From an uncultured Chloroflexia bacterium (GTDB taxonomy: Bacteria > Chloroflexota > Limnocylindria > Limnocylindrales > CSP1-4), in assembly GCA_963739365.1 (NCBI GenBank), contig CAVUAG010000016.1, positions 88,863 to 152,862 on the forward strand: 64,000 bases of DNA. The letters run 5' to 3'. Each line of letters begins with the position of its first letter. The first letter of the stretch is position 1. The translations under genes and the position numbers were made by a program. Below are positions 1 to 10,204 of this stretch, piece after piece. Under the pieces are notes generated by a model, which saw nothing but the letters and a program-made list of their open reading frames with translations, was not told where the DNA came from and did not search any database.

Positions 1-46
1 CAGGGGCCGCCTCCTCTCCAACGAGCTCTTCGCCCGGCTGGTCTGA
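1..46 (+). CDS. 3' end of upstream gene; tail resembles HemW/HemN-like radical-SAM protein C-terminus
   Basis: Frame 2 reads ...RGRLLSNELFARLV then TGA at 44-46. The position directly upstream of hrcA matches the hemN/hemW-hrcA arrangement of Firmicute-type dnaK loci. Only 14 codons are visible. Confidence 0.3.
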   Translation, partial: RGRLLSNELFARLV

Positions 47-66
47 GGGCAGGGCGGGCCCGGCCG

Positions 67-96
67 TTGACACTCGGACACCGAGACTGCTAGGAT
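67..96 (+). promoter_or_regulatory. Candidate sigma-70 type promoter of the hrcA-grpE-dnaK operon
   Basis: TTGACA at 67-72, an 18-nt spacer, and TAGGAT at 91-96. It lies just upstream of the CIRCE operator and about 90 nt upstream of the hrcA start. Confidence 0.45.
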
Positions 97-109
97 TCCG
101 GCGTTTCCA

Positions 110-136
110 CTGGCACTCGCCTAGGTAGAGTGCTAA
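110..136 (+). promoter_or_regulatory. CIRCE operator (HrcA binding site)
   Basis: CTGGCACTC-N9-GAGTGCTAA versus the consensus TTAGCACTC-N9-GAGTGCTAA. The right arm is perfect, the spacer is exactly 9 nt, and the site sits between the promoter and hrcA. Confidence 0.85.
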
Positions 137-187
137 CGCAGTCGGGGCGATCCGGGGACGGAAGACGCCCGCCAGAGGTGCCGAGCC

Positions 188-1264
188 GTGGCGCGAGGAG
201 TCCGCCGCAGCAGCGGGCCGCTCGATGCCAGGGCACAGGCGATCTTGCGGGCCGTCATCGATGAATACGTGACGACGGCGGTGCCGGTCGGCTCCCAGAC
301 GCTGGTCGAGCGCTACCCGTTCGGCGTGAGCGCCGCCACCGTGCGCAACGTCCTGGCCGAGCTGGAGCTCGAGGGCTTTCTCGGGCATCCCCACACCTCG
401 GCCGGGCGCGTGCCGACCGACGTCGGCTACCGCTTCTACGTGGAGTCGCTGGTCGGGGAGATGCCGCTCCCGCCGATCGAGCAGCTGATGATCCGCCACC
501 AGTTCGGGCAGGTCGAGTTCGCCACCGACCAGTGGTTCCGCCTCGCGGCCACGACGCTCGCATCCGCCACCAGGTCGGCCGGGCTGGCGACGCCCGCCAA
601 GCCGCGCGCGGCGCGCATCCGGCGGCTCGAGCTGGTCGGAATCGGCGAGCGGATGGCGTCCCTGGTGGTCGTCCTCAACGAGGGGTCGCTCAAGCAGGCG
701 CTGCTGACGATCGACCCGGGCACCTCCGACGACGAGCTGGCCGAGGCGGCGGGCCGCCTGAATCGCAGCTGCATGGGGCTCACTGCCGCCGATCTGGCCG
801 AGCGCCTCCGCTGGTTCGACGAGGCTCCGGAGGATGACCCCGTCTTCACGCTCGTCCGCCGGGCGGGCGTGCGGGCCCTGCGAATCCTCCGCGAGTTCGA
901 CGCGGCCACGGTTGAGCAGCTCTTCAGCGACGGCCTGCTCCACGTCATGGCCGAGCCGGAGTTCGCGGCGTCCGAGAAGCTGCGCCGAGTCTTCGCCGTG
1001 CTGGAGAACCACCAGTACCTCGGCGAGCTCTTCGAGGACGTGACGCGCTCAGGCGACCTGCGGGTCTTCATCGGGCAGGAGAACCGCCCCGACGACATGG
1101 CCGACGTGGCCCTTGTCCTCGCCCCCTATGGCCGCCCGGGTGCCGCCGTCGGTGTGGTGGGGATCCTGGGGCCCACGCGCCTCCGCTATGCGCAGGCGAT
1201 CGGGACCGTCCGGTTCGTCGCCGGCCTGATGAACGATCTCGTCGACCACCTCTACGCCCCCTGA
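188..1264 (+). CDS. hrcA: Heat-inducible transcription repressor HrcA
   Basis: 358-aa intact ORF with a GTG start. The N-terminal winged helix (AILRAVIDEYVTTAVPVGSQTL), the length, and the position before grpE-dnaK with CIRCE upstream all fit HrcA. Confidence 0.95.
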   Translation: MARGVRRSSGPLDARAQAILRAVIDEYVTTAVPVGSQTLVERYPFGVSAATVRNVLAELELEGFLGHPHTSAGRVPTDVGYRFYVESLVGEMPLPPIEQLMIRHQFGQVEFATDQWFRLAATTLASATRSAGLATPAKPRAARIRRLELVGIGERMASLVVVLNEGSLKQALLTIDPGTSDDELAEAAGRLNRSCMGLTAADLAERLRWFDEAPEDDPVFTLVRRAGVRALRILREFDAATVEQLFSDGLLHVMAEPEFAASEKLRRVFAVLENHQYLGELFEDVTRSGDLRVFIGQENRPDDMADVALVLAPYGRPGAAVGVVGILGPTRLRYAQAIGTVRFVAGLMNDLVDHLYAP

Positions 1265-1294
1265 CCACGGACCAGCCGACACGAAGGACTGCCG

Positions 1295-1900
1295 ATGCCG
1301 AGACACCACGAACAGCCTCCTGATCCCGCGGCCGCCGAGCCGGGCACCCCGGCCACCAGGCCCGACGCCGCGGCGACCGGCCCTGCCTCTGGCGCGCCCG
1401 CCGAGTCCGTCGTGGAGGTCCTCGTCGCCGAGCGCGACGCGGCCCTGTCCCGGGCCGAGGAGCACCTCGCCCTGGCCCAGCGCGCCCAGGCCGACTACGC
1501 GAACCTCAAGCGCCGCACCGCCGAGGAGCGCGACGCGATGCTCGGCCTCGCCAACGAGGTGCTCCTCGCCAAGGTCGTCGCCCTCGCCGACGACTTCGAC
1601 CTGGCCATCGAGCACGTCCCCGACGAGGCGCGTGACACCGCGTGGCTCGAGGGGATCGCCGCGATCGATCGCAAGCTGCGTGCGCTCCTCGAGAGCGAGG
1701 GCGTCACCCCCATCGAGGCGCTGGGCCGGCCGTTCGACCCGGCTTGCCACGAGGCCCTGAGCCACGTTCCCGGCACCGGCCGGCCCGAGGACGAGATCGT
1801 CGCCGAGCTGCGGCGCGGCTACCGGATCCGCGACCGCGTCCTCCGCCCTGCCCTCGTGGCCGTGAGCGATGGCTCCGGTCCGGCGGAGCGGCCCAACTAG
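1295..1900 (+). CDS. grpE: Nucleotide exchange factor GrpE
   Basis: 201 aa with the GrpE signature region (DYANLKRRTAEERD ... FDPACHEAL ... GYRIRDRVLRPALV). It lies between hrcA and dnaK. Confidence 0.95.
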   Translation: MPRHHEQPPDPAAAEPGTPATRPDAAATGPASGAPAESVVEVLVAERDAALSRAEEHLALAQRAQADYANLKRRTAEERDAMLGLANEVLLAKVVALADDFDLAIEHVPDEARDTAWLEGIAAIDRKLRALLESEGVTPIEALGRPFDPACHEALSHVPGTGRPEDEIVAELRRGYRIRDRVLRPALVAVSDGSGPAERPN

Positions 1901-1948
1901 GCGAGCGGCCCGCCCGGCGAGCGGCCCGCCTGGCCGAGTGGCCCAACC
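1883..1948 (+). repeat. About four tandem copies of a ~16-nt GC-rich unit spanning the grpE stop codon
   Basis: gcggagcggcccaac / ggcgagcggcccgcc / ggcgagcggcccgcc / ggccgagtggcccaacc. Copies 2 and 3 are identical. The grpE TAG (1898-1900) lies between copies 1 and 2. Confidence 0.55.
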
Positions 1949-2023
1949 AGCCTGGCGGCTCAACCAGACACCGAACGCAACCACCAACTCCACAACCCAC
2001 CCGCGAGAGGAGCACCCGAACCC

Positions 2024-3952
<1,929 letters not shown>

Positions 3953-4017
3953 GCGCGCGTGTCGGTGGGGCCGGCCCTCCCGGCCTCGCCGACATACGGC
4001 GGTACACTCCGCCTCCC

Positions 4018-4953
4018 ATGGCGATCTCCGGCCCGTCCCTCATCCGCGCCCGCGGCCTGACCAAGAAGTTCGGCGGCTTCACGGCCGTCGACGCCATCGA
4101 CTTCGACGTCGCGCCGGGGGAGTCGTTCGGCTTCCTCGGCCCGAACGGGGCCGGCAAGACGAGCACGATGCGGATGATCGCCTGCGTCTCGCCGATGACC
4201 GGCGGAGAGCTCAGCGTGCTGGCGATGGACCCGCTCACCGAAGGGCCGCGCATCCGGGCCCGGATCGGGGTCGTCCCCCAGCAGGACACGCTGGACATGG
4301 AGCTGACCGTTCGCGAGAACCTCTCGATCTACGGCCGCTACTTCGGCCTGTCCCGGGCCATCATCCGGCAGCGCGTGGACGAGCTCCTCGACTTCGTCCA
4401 GCTGACCGAGCGCTCCGGCGACCAGGTGGAGCCCCTGTCGGGCGGGATGAAGCGGCGGCTGACGATCGCCCGCAGCCTGGTCAACGAGCCCGACCTGCTC
4501 CTCCTCGACGAGCCGACCACGGGCCTCGACCCGCAGGCCCGCCACCTGCTCTGGGACCGCCTCTACCGCCTGAAGCAGAAGGGCGTGACGCTCGTCCTCA
4601 CCACCCACTACATGGACGAGGCGGAGCAGCTCTGCGATCGGCTCGTGGTCATGGACAAGGCGAAGATCGTGGCGGAGGGATCGCCGCGCGAGCTCATCGA
4701 GCAGCACTCGACCCGCGAGGTCCTGGAGATGCGCTTCCCGGTCGGGGTGCAGGAGACGCTGGACGGGCAGCTCGACGACCTCGGAGATCGCATCGAGCGC
4801 CTCCCGGACCGGGTCCTCGTCTATACCGACGACGGCGACGGCGCTGCGACGATCGCCCACGAGCGCGGGCTGCGCCCCGAGATGGTCCTCGTCCGGCGCT
4901 CGTCGCTGGAGGACGTCTTCCTCCGGCTCACCGGCCGGAGCCTCGTCGACTAG
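4018..4953 (+). CDS. ABC transporter ATP-binding protein (ABC-2/DrrA/NodI-like exporter)
   Basis: ATG at 4018 inside the long 1642..4953 ORF. Walker A GPNGAGKT, signature LSGGMKRR and Walker B LLLLDEPTTGLD are present. Two ABC-2 permease genes follow. Confidence 0.9.
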   Translation: MAISGPSLIRARGLTKKFGGFTAVDAIDFDVAPGESFGFLGPNGAGKTSTMRMIACVSPMTGGELSVLAMDPLTEGPRIRARIGVVPQQDTLDMELTVRENLSIYGRYFGLSRAIIRQRVDELLDFVQLTERSGDQVEPLSGGMKRRLTIARSLVNEPDLLLLDEPTTGLDPQARHLLWDRLYRLKQKGVTLVLTTHYMDEAEQLCDRLVVMDKAKIVAEGSPRELIEQHSTREVLEMRFPVGVQETLDGQLDDLGDRIERLPDRVLVYTDDGDGAATIAHERGLRPEMVLVRRSSLEDVFLRLTGRSLVD

Positions 4954-4962
4954 GGGCGCGGG

Positions 4963-5759
4963 GTGGCGGCGCCTGCGGTCCGGGTCCTCGAGCACGAGCT
5001 GCTCGTCTACCGCCGCGTCTGGCGGGGCAGCATCTTCAGCTCGTTTCTCTCGCCCGTCCTCTTCCTGGCCGCGATGGGGGTTGGCCTCGGCAGCCTCGTC
5101 GACGCACGCGGCGGGGCCGCGGCCGGGGCGCAAGCGGCGCCGCGCTGGCTGGCGTCTCCTACCTCGCCTTCCTGGCCCCCGGGCTTCTCGCGTCCACGGC
5201 CATGCAGACGGCTGCCGGCGAATCGACCTTCCCGATCATGGGCGGGCTGGTCTGGGACAAGAGCTTCCACGGGATGATCGCGACCCCGATCCGGCCTGCC
5301 GACGTCGTCGTCGGCAAGCTGACCTACATCGGCATGCGCCTCCTGCTCGTTGTCGGCCTGTTCTTCCTGGTCACAGTCCTCTTCGGCGCCGTCACCGGCC
5401 CTGAGGCGATCCTGGCGGTCCCAGCCGCGCTCCTGACCGGCCTCGCCTTCGCCGCGCCGATCGCGGCCTACTCGGCCACGCAGCGGGACCCGAACGGCTT
5501 CAACGCCCTCTTCCGGTTCGGGATCATCCCGCTCTTCCTCTTCTCGGGGACCTTCTTCCCGATCGAGCAGCTGCCGGAGCTCCTCCAGGTGATCGCCCGC
5601 CTGACACCGCTCTGGCACGGCGTGGACCTGTGCCGCTCGCTGGCCCTGGGTACGGCGGAGCCGCTCCAGACGGTGATCCATCTCGCCTACCTCGGGACGA
5701 TGACCGTCGTGGGCGTTGCGGCTGCGTTCATCGCCTTCCAGCACCGGCTCGTGAAGTGA
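4963..5759 (+). pseudogene. ABC-2 type permease, frame-broken once (about 5100-5150)
   Basis: The N-terminus (VLEHELLVYRRVWRGSIFSSFLSPVLFLAAMG) is in the frame of 4963. The rest (VSYLAFLAPGLLAS...LTPLWHGVDLCRSL...) is in the frame ending at 5759. Together they make a typical six-TM ABC-2 permease. Confidence 0.75.
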
Positions 5760-5769
5760 GCGAGCGGCC

Positions 5770-6570
5770 ATGACCCTCCTCGCTCGCGTCGCGCCGCCCA
5801 TCCTGTTCGGTGGCCGCCGCGCCGGCCTCCTCATCGAGCGCAACCTGGTCGTCTACCGGCGCAGCTGGCTCATCATCGTGTCGGGCTTCTTCGAGCCGCT
5901 CTTCTACCTGCTTTCGATCGGCCTCGGGATCGGCGCCCTCGTCGGCGGGGTCATGGTCGACGGCCAGGAGATCCCGTACACGGCGTTCGTCGCCCCGGCG
6001 CTCCTCGCCAGCTCGGCGATGAACGGGGCGATCTACGACTCGACCTTCAACGTCTTCTTCAAGCTGAAGTACGCGAAGACCTACGACGCGATCCTCTCGA
6101 CGCCGGTCGGGGTGGGGGACGTGGCCCTCGGCGAGATCGGCTGGGCGTTGATCCGGGGCGGGATCTACGCGGCCGCCTTCCTGGTCGTCATGGTCACCCT
6201 GGGGATGGTCCTCTCGCCCTGGGCCGTCCTGGCCTTCCCGGCCGCGCTCCTCGTCGGCTTCGCGTTCGGCGCCGCCGGCATGGCGGCCACGAGCTTCATG
6301 CGCACCTGGCAGGACTTCGACCTGGTACAGCTCGTGATCCTGCCGCTCTTCCTCTTCTCGGCAACCTTCTACCCGATCACGACCTACCCGGAGCCGATCC
6401 AGGCGCTGGTCCAGCTCACGCCGCTCTACCACGGGGTCGACCTGATCCGTGGCCTCACGACCGGTGCCGTCGGCCCGACGCTCCTGGTCCACGTCGCCTA
6501 CCTCGCGGCGATGGGTCTCATCGGCCTGGTGATCTCCTCGCGCCGCCTCGGCAAGCTGCTGCTCAAGTAG
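5770..6570 (+). CDS. ABC-2 type permease (second membrane subunit)
   Basis: 266-aa intact ORF, paralogous to the preceding permease (FVAPALLASSAMNGA...LTPLYHGVDLIRGL). Confidence 0.85.
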   Translation: MTLLARVAPPILFGGRRAGLLIERNLVVYRRSWLIIVSGFFEPLFYLLSIGLGIGALVGGVMVDGQEIPYTAFVAPALLASSAMNGAIYDSTFNVFFKLKYAKTYDAILSTPVGVGDVALGEIGWALIRGGIYAAAFLVVMVTLGMVLSPWAVLAFPAALLVGFAFGAAGMAATSFMRTWQDFDLVQLVILPLFLFSATFYPITTYPEPIQALVQLTPLYHGVDLIRGLTTGAVGPTLLVHVAYLAAMGLIGLVISSRRLGKLLLK

Positions 6571-6605
6571 GCGCCGTCGGGGGACGCCGCGCTATCCTGC
6601 CGCCC

Positions 6606-7481
6606 ATGAGCGAGCCCCCGGCTGCCACGACCACAGGACCGGACGAGGTCGCGGGCGGGGTCATCGACGCGCCCGCGCCAGGTGACCTCGTGCCCGATGG
6701 CCTCGCCCACGCGCGGGCGATCGGCATCGACGTGGGCGGAACGGGTGTCAAGGCGGCCGTCGTGGACCTGGTCACGGGCGAGATGGTCTCGCCCCGGATC
6801 CGCGAGAAGACACCCCAGCCGGCGACGCCGGAGGCGGTGATCGAGGCGGTCGGGCTGATCATCGACCGGCTCGGCGAGGGCGGTCACCTGGATCCCGCGC
6901 TGCCGGCCGGAGCCGGCCTCCCGGGCGTGGTGAAGCACGGCCGCCTGCTGACCGCCGCCAACATCGACCCGCGGTGGGTGGACTTCCCGGCCCAGGATGC
7001 GCTCGAGGAGCGTCTCGGGCGCCGGGTTCGCCTCATCAACGACGCCGACGCCGCCGGCCTCGCTGAGGTCGCCTTCGGGGCCGCGAAGGGCGTGCCCGGG
7101 ACGGTGATGCTCCTGACGATCGGAACCGGGATCGGGAGCGCCCTCCTCATCGATGGCACGCTCCTCGACTCCACGGAGTTCGGGCACGTGCCGTACCGGA
7201 ACAGGGACGCCGAGACCTGGATCTCGGGCGCCGCGCGCGAGCGGCGCGCCATCGGCTGGCGCCGCTGGGCGGGCGAGTTCAGCGAGTACCTGGCCCTGCT
7301 CGACCGGTGGTTCTGGCCCGACCTCATCATCCTGAGCGGCGGTGTCAGCAAGGAGTACGCAAAGTACGGGAAGTGGCTCAAGGCCCGGGCGCCGATCGTG
7401 ACCGCGCGCTTCCTCAACACCTCGGGGATCATCGGCGCGGCCCTCGCGGCCGGCGGTCACGAGGACGCCCCCGCGGACTGA
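6606..7481 (+). CDS. ppgK: ROK-family polyphosphate/ATP glucokinase
   Basis: 291 aa with ROK motifs (IGIDVGGTGVKAAVVD, LINDADAAGLAE, LTIGTGIGSALLIDG..EFGH). Confidence 0.85.
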   Translation: MSEPPAATTTGPDEVAGGVIDAPAPGDLVPDGLAHARAIGIDVGGTGVKAAVVDLVTGEMVSPRIREKTPQPATPEAVIEAVGLIIDRLGEGGHLDPALPAGAGLPGVVKHGRLLTAANIDPRWVDFPAQDALEERLGRRVRLINDADAAGLAEVAFGAAKGVPGTVMLLTIGTGIGSALLIDGTLLDSTEFGHVPYRNRDAETWISGAARERRAIGWRRWAGEFSEYLALLDRWFWPDLIILSGGVSKEYAKYGKWLKARAPIVTARFLNTSGIIGAALAAGGHEDAPAD

Positions 7482-7543
7482 CGCGCCGCGGCCATGGGCG
7501 TGCCTGACCGTCCGGGCCGCTCCCCGTAGACTTCCCCTCGCAC

Positions 7544-8674
7544 ATGACCACCCAGCGCGACTACTACGACATCCTCGGCGTCGAGCGCGGCGCGACCGAC
7601 GCCGACCTCAAGAAGGCATTCCGCAAGCTGGCCCAGCAGTGGCACCCGGACGTCAATCGCGACGAGGGCGCCGACGATCGCTTCAAGGAGGTCAACGAGG
7701 CGTACCAGGTCCTCTCCGATCCCCAGCGGCGCCAGGCCTACGACATGTTCGGCCGAGCCGGGTCGGCCGGCGGTGGCTTCGACCCGGGCGCCCAGCAGGG
7801 TTTTGGCGCCTTCTCGGACCTCTTCGACGCCTTCTTCGGCGGGAGCGCTGCCGGCGGTGGCGGAGTCCGACGCGGCCGGCCCGCAGTCGGCTCCGACCTG
7901 CGCTACGACCTGCGGATCACCTTCGAGGAATCGATCCGGGGCACGGAGAAGGAGATCGAGTTCGCGCTTCTCGATCGCTGCGCCACCTGCTCGGGCAGCG
8001 GAGCGAAGAGCGGGACCGCGACGCAGTCCTGCCCCCAGTGCGGCGGCCGGGGCGAGATCCGCCACGCCCGGCAGACGATGCTCGGCCAGATGGTCAACGT
8101 CATCGCCTGCCCCCGCTGCCGCGGCGAGGGCAAGATCGTCGACTCGCCGTGCGAAGAGTGCAGCGGCGAGGGCCGCAGGCAGCGCACGAAGCGGCTCCGC
8201 GTGGCGGTGCCCGCCGGGATCGACGACGGTCACCAGATCCGGCTCTCGTCCGAGGGCGAGGTTGGCCCCCGCGGCGGCCCGCCGGGGAGCCTCTACGTCG
8301 CCATCCACGTGGTGCCCCACCCGCACCTGCGGCGCGAGGGCACCGAGCTCTACCACGAGCTCGACCTCACGATCGCCCAGGCCGCCCTGGGGACCTCGGT
8401 CCGTGTCCCGACGGCAGACGGTGAGGAGGAGCTCGAAGTCAAGCCCGGGACCCAGCCGGGGACGGAGATCCGCCTGCGCGGCCGCGGAGCGCCGCATCTG
8501 CGGCGATCCGGTGCGCGCGGGGACCTCCACGTGCTCGTGGACGTCACGATTCCCACGAAGCTCTCGAAGGAGCAGCGCGAGGCGCTCGAGGCCTATGCCG
8601 CGGCGTCCGGCGAGACGAACGTGGGCACGGGCAAGGGTGGCGTCTTCGATCGGATCAAGGACGTCCTGGGGTGA
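7544..8674 (+). CDS. dnaJ: Co-chaperone DnaJ
   Basis: 376 aa. It has a J domain with HPD (WHPDVN), a G/F-rich region and four CxxCxGxG zinc motifs. Confidence 0.97.
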   Translation: MTTQRDYYDILGVERGATDADLKKAFRKLAQQWHPDVNRDEGADDRFKEVNEAYQVLSDPQRRQAYDMFGRAGSAGGGFDPGAQQGFGAFSDLFDAFFGGSAAGGGGVRRGRPAVGSDLRYDLRITFEESIRGTEKEIEFALLDRCATCSGSGAKSGTATQSCPQCGGRGEIRHARQTMLGQMVNVIACPRCRGEGKIVDSPCEECSGEGRRQRTKRLRVAVPAGIDDGHQIRLSSEGEVGPRGGPPGSLYVAIHVVPHPHLRREGTELYHELDLTIAQAALGTSVRVPTADGEEELEVKPGTQPGTEIRLRGRGAPHLRRSGARGDLHVLVDVTIPTKLSKEQREALEAYAAASGETNVGTGKGGVFDRIKDVLG

Positions 8675-9712
8675 GCACCCCGCCCGCCACCGCCCCGGAC
8701 GGGCGCGCGGGCGACGGCGCCTGGCTCGAGCTTGCCGTCACCTGCGACCCGGAGGCCGTCGAGGCGGTCACCGAGATCCTGGCCCGCGTCGCTCCGGGCG
8801 GGGTGAGCGTGGAGCCGGGGTTCACGCTCATCGACGAGGGGCTGGCCGCCGCCGTCGATCCGTCGCTACCGGCGACGGTCCGGGCCTATCTCCCCGCGCG
8901 CGACGCGGACGCCGCTCGGCGCGCCGCCGACGAGGTGGATCGGGCGCTCGGCCACCTCCAGGCCTTCGGGCTGCGCGAGATCGGGGAGCTGCGGACGCAG
9001 GTCGTCCACGAGGCGGACTGGGCCACGGCGTGGAAGCGCCACGTCGGGGTCCTGCGGGTCGGGCGACGGATCGTGATCCGGCCCACCTGGCGGCGCCACC
9101 GCCGTCAGCCCGGCGACGTGGTGATCGCGATGGATCCCGGGATGGCCTTCGGCACGGGGCTTCATCCCACGACGCGGCTCTGCCTCGCGGGGATCGAGCG
9201 CTGGGCCGACGAGGGGTTGCTCGGCGGCCCGGCGGCGGACCGGCCGGGTCCTCGGGCGGAGCAGGGCGTGCCAATCGCCGCGGCCCCCGTCCGGTTCCTC
9301 GACGTCGGCTGCGGCTCGGGTGTCCTTGCCATCGCCGCCGGGCTGCTCGGCGCGACGCGGCTCGTCGGCGTCGACACCGACCCGATCGCGATCGAGGCGA
9401 CACGGGCGAATGCCCGGCGCAACCGGGTCGCCCGCCGCCTCCGGGCATGGCCGGGCTCGCTGCCCTCCGGCGCCGGGCCATTCGACCTCGTCGCGGCCAA
9501 CCTGATCGCCTCGGTCCTCATCACCCTCGCGGACGACCTTGCGGCCGAGCTGCGGCCGGGCGGGCGACTGCTGGCGTCGGGGATCTTCATCGACCGCGAG
9601 ACGGCGGTGCGGGTCGCCTTCGAGGACGCGGGCTTGCGCGTCCTTCGGCGCGATGCCGAGGGCGACTGGGTCGTCCCTCGACGCCGAGCGGGTGAGCGCA
9701 CAGCCGACGTGA
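8671..9712 (+). pseudogene. prmA: Ribosomal protein L11 methyltransferase PrmA; C-terminal frame appears disturbed, so the ORF runs into the next gene
   Basis: The GTG start overlaps the dnaJ stop (GTGA at 8671-8674). SAM motif LDVGCGSGVLAI. Removing one C from the CCC run near 9676 gives ...GDWVVLDAERVSAQPT* ending at TGA 9710-9712, which overlaps the next ATG (TGATG). Confidence 0.8.
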
Positions 9713-10200
9713 TGCCGAACCTTGCCCCGCTCTTCCCACTGATCCTCGCGGTCCACGTGTCGCTCGCGATCGCCCTCTTCGTCCCGAGCCTGCTGCTGCC
9801 GTTCACCCTGCGCAACCGGTCGGTCGAACCCGGGTTCGTGCCGCCCGAGCCGGGCCGCGTTGTGCGCACGCTCGGGTGGCTCCAGACGCGCGGGTCGGCG
9901 GTCGTGGGCGCCGGGCTGGCCGTGACGGGGATCGCGATGCTCACCGTGCTCGGCCCGCGCATCCTCGAGCAACCCTGGCTGCTCGTCAGCCTGGCAACGT
10001 ACGCGGTCACGGCCGCCGTTGTGTTCGCCATCCAGCGTCCCGCCCTGCGCCGGCTCCGGGCCCGGGATGGGATCGTCACCGACACCGAACGGGAGGCATG
10101 GCGAGCACGCGCCAGGCGCCAGCGCTACGTCGCCTACGCGATCACGACCGCCGTGGGCCTGATCGCCTTCCTCATGTCGACGAAGCCGGCCCTCTGGTGA
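9712..10200 (+). CDS. Integral membrane protein of unknown function (about four TM segments)
   Basis: In-frame ATG at 9712 at a TGATG junction. Four hydrophobic segments are visible (LFPLILAVHVSLAIALFVPSLLL, AVVGAGLAVTGIAMLTVL, WLLVSLATYAVTAAVVFAI, VAYAITTAVGLIAFLM). I recognise no family motif. Confidence 0.5.
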   Translation: MPNLAPLFPLILAVHVSLAIALFVPSLLLPFTLRNRSVEPGFVPPEPGRVVRTLGWLQTRGSAVVGAGLAVTGIAMLTVLGPRILEQPWLLVSLATYAVTAAVVFAIQRPALRRLRARDGIVTDTEREAWRARARRQRYVAYAITTAVGLIAFLMSTKPALW

Positions 10201-10204
10201 GCCG

